Assembly (NCBI GenBank): GCA_965198225.1
Contig: CBDAOY010000007.1
Span: forward strand, 832,001-896,000
DNA length: 64,000 bases
Source of the DNA: Terriglobia bacterium
GTDB taxonomy: Bacteria > Acidobacteriota > Terriglobia > 20CM-2-55-15
Direction of reading: 5' to 3'
Made by a program: the position numbers and the translations under genes. Under the pieces are notes generated by a model. That model had not been told where the DNA came from and made no database searches. It saw only the letters and a program-made list of their open reading frames with translations. Each line of letters begins with the position of its first letter. The stretch's first letter is position 1. This document shows positions 60,075 to 64,000 of the stretch, in pieces.

Positions 60075-60275
60075 GCCGTTGTTGCGGGGGAGCGTAGGCC
60101 GTTATCCGTAGGCCGTTGTTGTGGTACGGGTCCGCCAACGCGAAAGTAACCAATGGTGGGCGAACAACAACGTTCCCACAGTGGGGTTGTCGTTAGTAGC
60201 TGGTAGTCTCGCTTGATCTGACCCGTGCGGTCGTAGACCGCACCAACGGCCTGCGGATAACGGCCTACGCCCCCC
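60071..60275. repeat. GTAGGCCGTT-type REP cluster with inverted arm
   Basis: GCGTAGGCCGTTATCCGTAGGCCGTTG opposed by CAACGGCCTGCGGATAACGGCCTACGC; includes GTGCGGTCGTAGACCGCAC. Confidence 0.75.
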
Positions 60276-60298
60276 TGACCGCACAACATGACGAAACC

Positions 60299-61546
60299 AT
60301 GAGTAAGACGAGCGACAATCTGATCCTCCTCAAGAACGGGCTGCTCGTCGACGGCTCCGGGCCGGATCCTGTCGGCAAGGTCGACGTTCTTGTCGAGGGA
60401 AGTCGGATCAAAGAGGTGTCCGACAAGGCGATCAAGGCCAGGGGGGCGCAGAAACACGACCTCAAGGGTCGGACGTTGATGCCCGGCCTGATCGACTGTC
60501 ACGCGCATCCCTGCCTGACGCAGATGAAACTGGCCAGCCTGGAGGACGTGCCGCTGACGCTGATGACCGCGCAGGCTTCCACGATCTTGCGAGGAATGCT
60601 CGACCGGGGTTTTACGAGTATCCGTGACGCGGCCGGCGGAGACTGGGGCCTGAAGGAAGCCGTCGAAAAGGGCCACATCGCCGGACCGCGAATGTTTATC
60701 TCGGGTCGGGCTTTGAGCCAGACGGGCGGTCACGGCGACTTTCGTCGCCGGACCGACGACTCCATCCCGTGCAGTTGTGGGAACGCCCTGCATTTCACGA
60801 CCCGTGTCGCCGACGGGATCGATGAGGTCCGGCAGGCGGCGCGTGACGAACTGCGGAAGGGCGCCGATCAAATCAAGGTGATGGTCTCGGGGGGCGTCGT
60901 TTCTCCGAATGATCCACTCGAGGCATGTCAGTACTCGAGCGAGGAAATCCGGGCGATCGTGGACGAAGCCGAGGCTGCCGGAACCTACGTCCTGGCCCAC
61001 GCTTACACCGCCGAGGCGATCACCCATGCCGTCAAGGCCGGCGTCCGCTCGCTCGAGCACGCGAACCTGATCGATGCCGAGGCCGCGCGCCTCGTCGCGG
61101 CCGAGGGAGCCTACGTCGTACCAACGCTCGTGACCTACGACGCGCTCGAACGCCTTGGCAAGGAGCTGGGCCTTACCGCGGCAATGCTGGAGAAGCTGGC
61201 ACGTGTGCGGTCGTTCGGACTGGACTCGCTGGAAGTGTGCAAGAGAGCCGGGGTCCAGTTAGGTTTCGGTACAGATTTATTGGGCGAGACCCACGATGAA
61301 CAATCCCGCGAGTTCCTGATCCGTTCCGAGGTGCAGCCCGCACACGAGGTGATCGCGTCGGCGACGCGCATCAACGCAGAGATTCTGCAGAAGAAAGGAG
61401 AGCTTGGCGTCGTCGCCGCGGGAGCGACGGCGGACTTGCTGGTCGTCGACGGCAATCCCCTGAAAGATCTCAATCTGCTGCAGGACCAGGGAAAGCATCT
61501 GTGCGTCATCATGAAGGACGGGCGGATCCACAAGAACCTTCTGTGA
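60299..61546 (+). CDS. Amidohydrolase (Xaa-Pro dipeptidase-like), cytoplasmic
   Basis: 'MPGLIDCHAH', 'QTGGHGD', 'KVMVSGGV.SP', 'AHAY', 'FGTDLLG'. Confidence 0.92.
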   Translation: MSKTSDNLILLKNGLLVDGSGPDPVGKVDVLVEGSRIKEVSDKAIKARGAQKHDLKGRTLMPGLIDCHAHPCLTQMKLASLEDVPLTLMTAQASTILRGMLDRGFTSIRDAAGGDWGLKEAVEKGHIAGPRMFISGRALSQTGGHGDFRRRTDDSIPCSCGNALHFTTRVADGIDEVRQAARDELRKGADQIKVMVSGGVVSPNDPLEACQYSSEEIRAIVDEAEAAGTYVLAHAYTAEAITHAVKAGVRSLEHANLIDAEAARLVAAEGAYVVPTLVTYDALERLGKELGLTAAMLEKLARVRSFGLDSLEVCKRAGVQLGFGTDLLGETHDEQSREFLIRSEVQPAHEVIASATRINAEILQKKGELGVVAAGATADLLVVDGNPLKDLNLLQDQGKHLCVIMKDGRIHKNLL

Positions 61547-62754
61547 CGGCCGGCGGTACCGATTCGACGATGCCTGACGAAAGCGCGCAACTTCCGCAGA
61601 CGACGGACGTCAACAACCCCGAAGCGATTGCATCGATGGTCACGCTCGGTGTCATCGGGGCGATGGGCACGTTCACGTTCCTGCCCATGGTCGTCGGCAC
61701 AGCCGTGGATGACCTGGGATTCACACCACAGCAGGCCGGGCTGCTCGCTTCCGCCGAGATGGCCGGTGCCGGTCTCGGCACCTTTGTCGTTTCTCCGCGT
61801 GTCCATCTGTGGAACCGACGCAAGATTGCGTTCCTCGGCCTCGTGTCAATCATAGCTGGTGCAACGCTGTCGGTGCTCGCCGGCAGTTACGGGCTGTTGA
61901 TCCCGTCACGCGCACTGACGGGCCTTGGAGCGGGTGCGATCGTGGCGGCGGTCATCGCGTCGATGTCCGGGGCGCGGAACCCTGAACGCCTGTTCGGGTT
62001 GTGGACGATCTTCAACATGGTGATGGCCAGCACCTTGTTCTTTATGGTGATGCCGCGAGTGATCGCATTCTGGGGTGCCGACGGTGTGTTCGGCGCCCTC
62101 GGTGTCGCGGCGGTGATCGGAACCTTCGCCCTGCGGAAGTATCCGGTGAACTTCGCCGCGACGAGGGATGAGGCGGCTGTGCGGGCGATCGACATACGGA
62201 AGGTCGGTTTCGGCCTCGCCGCGATCTTCTGTGCCTACCTTGCTCACGGCGCGATCTGGGCCTACATGGAACGCATCGGGCTGGGTGCGAACCTCGATGC
62301 CGGCTTGATCAGTCGGGTCCTGGGTTCAGCCGCCCTGGCTGGGCTGGCAGGGGGTCTGCTGGTGACCTGGTTGGGGACTCGATCCGGCCGAGTCGTGCCG
62401 AACCTTGCCGCGCTGATTGTCTCGATCGCGAGCCTGCTCTTTGTCATCAATGGATCCACCGCGGAGGCCTTCATTGCCGCCGCCCTGCTGTTCTATATCG
62501 CGTGGGTGTTCGGCCTGCCTTACTTGATGGGCGTCATCGCGGGCCTCGATCCCGGTGGACGGGCCGGCGCCTTTGCCATCGTGATGCAGAACATCGGACT
62601 TGCCCTGGGACCCGCCCTGGCCGGTTTCATGGTTACCGGAGAAGGCTTCGCCGTTCTCGGCTGGATGGGCTTGGGCCTGTACGGGGCTTGCCTGGCCCTG
62701 ATCGTTCCAATCGCCCTGTTCCTCGACCGACGCGAGCGGCTGGCACCCGCGTAG
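61543..62754 (+). CDS. MFS transporter
   Basis: About 12 hydrophobic segments; 'AGLLASAE', 'PERLFG', 'DPGGR'. Confidence 0.85.
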   Translation: MTAGGTDSTMPDESAQLPQTTDVNNPEAIASMVTLGVIGAMGTFTFLPMVVGTAVDDLGFTPQQAGLLASAEMAGAGLGTFVVSPRVHLWNRRKIAFLGLVSIIAGATLSVLAGSYGLLIPSRALTGLGAGAIVAAVIASMSGARNPERLFGLWTIFNMVMASTLFFMVMPRVIAFWGADGVFGALGVAAVIGTFALRKYPVNFAATRDEAAVRAIDIRKVGFGLAAIFCAYLAHGAIWAYMERIGLGANLDAGLISRVLGSAALAGLAGGLLVTWLGTRSGRVVPNLAALIVSIASLLFVINGSTAEAFIAAALLFYIAWVFGLPYLMGVIAGLDPGGRAGAFAIVMQNIGLALGPALAGFMVTGEGFAVLGWMGLGLYGACLALIVPIALFLDRRERLAPA

Positions 62755-62766
62755 GATGGGTTATTC

Positions 62767-64000
62767 GTGCCGCTAGCCCGCATCCTGCTCATGTGCCTGA
62801 TCGGTGCCGGTTTCCCAAACCTGGCCACCGCCCAGGGACTTGGGCCGGGGCCGATCGACGACTACGATGCGCTGCGGGCTGCGAAGGTCTACGAGGCCCG
62901 GCGAACCAGCGAGCGCATCGTCGTCGACGGGATTGTCGACGAGCCGGCCTGGGGGCGGGCTGTCGCCGACGATGACTTTTATCAGAACGATCCGGTTCGT
63001 GGCACCCCGCCCGACGACCGGACCGTGCTGCGGATCCTCTACGACGACGTCAACCTCTACGTCGGGATCGTGTGTTACCAGGCCGGCCCCGCCATCATCT
63101 CCGAGCTCAGACGCGATTTCGAACCGTTCGACGGTGACATTCTAGCCGTGTCGCTCGACACGTTCGACGACGACCGCAACGGATTCATCTTCCAGACGAA
63201 TCCCGGAGGTGCGAAACGGGATCAGCAGATCGCCGGCGGAGTTCGGAGCTCGGACTGGAACGGCGTCTACGACGTCGTGTCCCACATCGATGACGGGTGG
63301 TGGAGCACCGAGTATGCGATTCCGTTCAAGACGCTCCGGTTCGACGAGGTGAGCGAGGGCCAGCGCTGGGGATTGAACATCTTCCGGATCATCCGCTACT
63401 CGAACGAGAGCGTGATTTGGACCCCGGCTCCCCGGCCGTTCGGCCCGGCGGACATGTTTATATCGGGTTCTCTGGTCGGACTCGAGGGCGTCACGCAGGG
63501 ACGGAACCTGTACGTGAAGCCGTTCGCCCTGGCCGAATTCAGACCCGACGCCCCAGACGGTCGGAGCGATTACGACGCCGGCTTCGACGTGAAGTATGGC
63601 GTGACATCCGAATTGACGCTGGACCTGACCGTCAACACCGACTTCTCTCAGGTCGAGGTCGATGAACAGCAGATCAACCTGACCCGTTTCAGCCTGTTCT
63701 TCCCGGAAAAGCGCGATTTCTTCCTGGAGAATGCCGGATTGTTCGACATCGGCGGCGTGGTCGGCGCGCCCGGTGGGGGGGCACGGAGGGACGTGATCCC
63801 GTTCTTCAGCAGGCGCATCGGACTTTCTGACGCGGGGTCTCCGTTGCCCATCCGTGGGGGCGCACGTCTGACCGGCAAAGTCGGCGGGTTTGATCTCGGA
63901 GTGATGAACATTCAGGTTGGCCAAAACGAGGAAATCCCGTCCGACAACTGGTCGATCTTGCGGCTGAAACGCGACATCATGGCAAACTCCGACATCGGTG
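62767..64000 (+). CDS. CBM9-like/DUF5916 exported protein (runs off window end)
   Basis: Open frame from GTG: 'IVVDGIVDEPAW', 'YDDVNLY', 'EYAIPFKTLRF', 'TVNTDFSQVEVD', 'LFFPEKRDFFLE'. Confidence 0.85.
   Translation, partial: MPLARILLMCLIGAGFPNLATAQGLGPGPIDDYDALRAAKVYEARRTSERIVVDGIVDEPAWGRAVADDDFYQNDPVRGTPPDDRTVLRILYDDVNLYVGIVCYQAGPAIISELRRDFEPFDGDILAVSLDTFDDDRNGFIFQTNPGGAKRDQQIAGGVRSSDWNGVYDVVSHIDDGWWSTEYAIPFKTLRFDEVSEGQRWGLNIFRIIRYSNESVIWTPAPRPFGPADMFISGSLVGLEGVTQGRNLYVKPFALAEFRPDAPDGRSDYDAGFDVKYGVTSELTLDLTVNTDFSQVEVDEQQINLTRFSLFFPEKRDFFLENAGLFDIGGVVGAPGGGARRDVIPFFSRRIGLSDAGSPLPIRGGARLTGKVGGFDLGVMNIQVGQNEEIPSDNWSILRLKRDIMANSDIG

Overview
GC-rich bacterial chromosomal window, probably from an Acidobacteriota-like genome (inferred from gene style, not a database hit). 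Most of it is metabolic and accessory genes: PAS histidine kinases and regulators, a VapBC26-like TA pair, PhoU plus a Na/Pi symporter, many exported amidohydrolases and amidases, a ThDP enzyme plus ALDH pair resembling the cyanobacterial 2-oxoglutarate decarboxylase shunt, orphan soxCD, a CusA/CzcA RND locus, an EAL-HDOD protein, hydantoinase A/B and an MFS transporter. Mobile and repeat content is dense: one complete IS1182-family element with a CTAG target duplication, two MITE families (two copies each), GTAG-type REP doublets, GGGGAC REPs and inverted heptamer repeats. Several gene relics are present (LuxR HTH, enoyl-CoA hydratase, BamA, sulfite/nitrite reductase). Some local duplications and frameshifts look like long-read assembly artefacts. 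The best candidates for novelty are an unannotated ~115-nt structured RNA with its own near-consensus sigma70 promoter and terminator (49248-49396, minus strand), the putative 2-OG decarboxylase/SSADH operon, a secreted kinase-fold protein and the stop-codon-associated MITEs. No rRNA, canonical tRNA or CRISPR array was seen. All family assignments come from motif recognition by eye.
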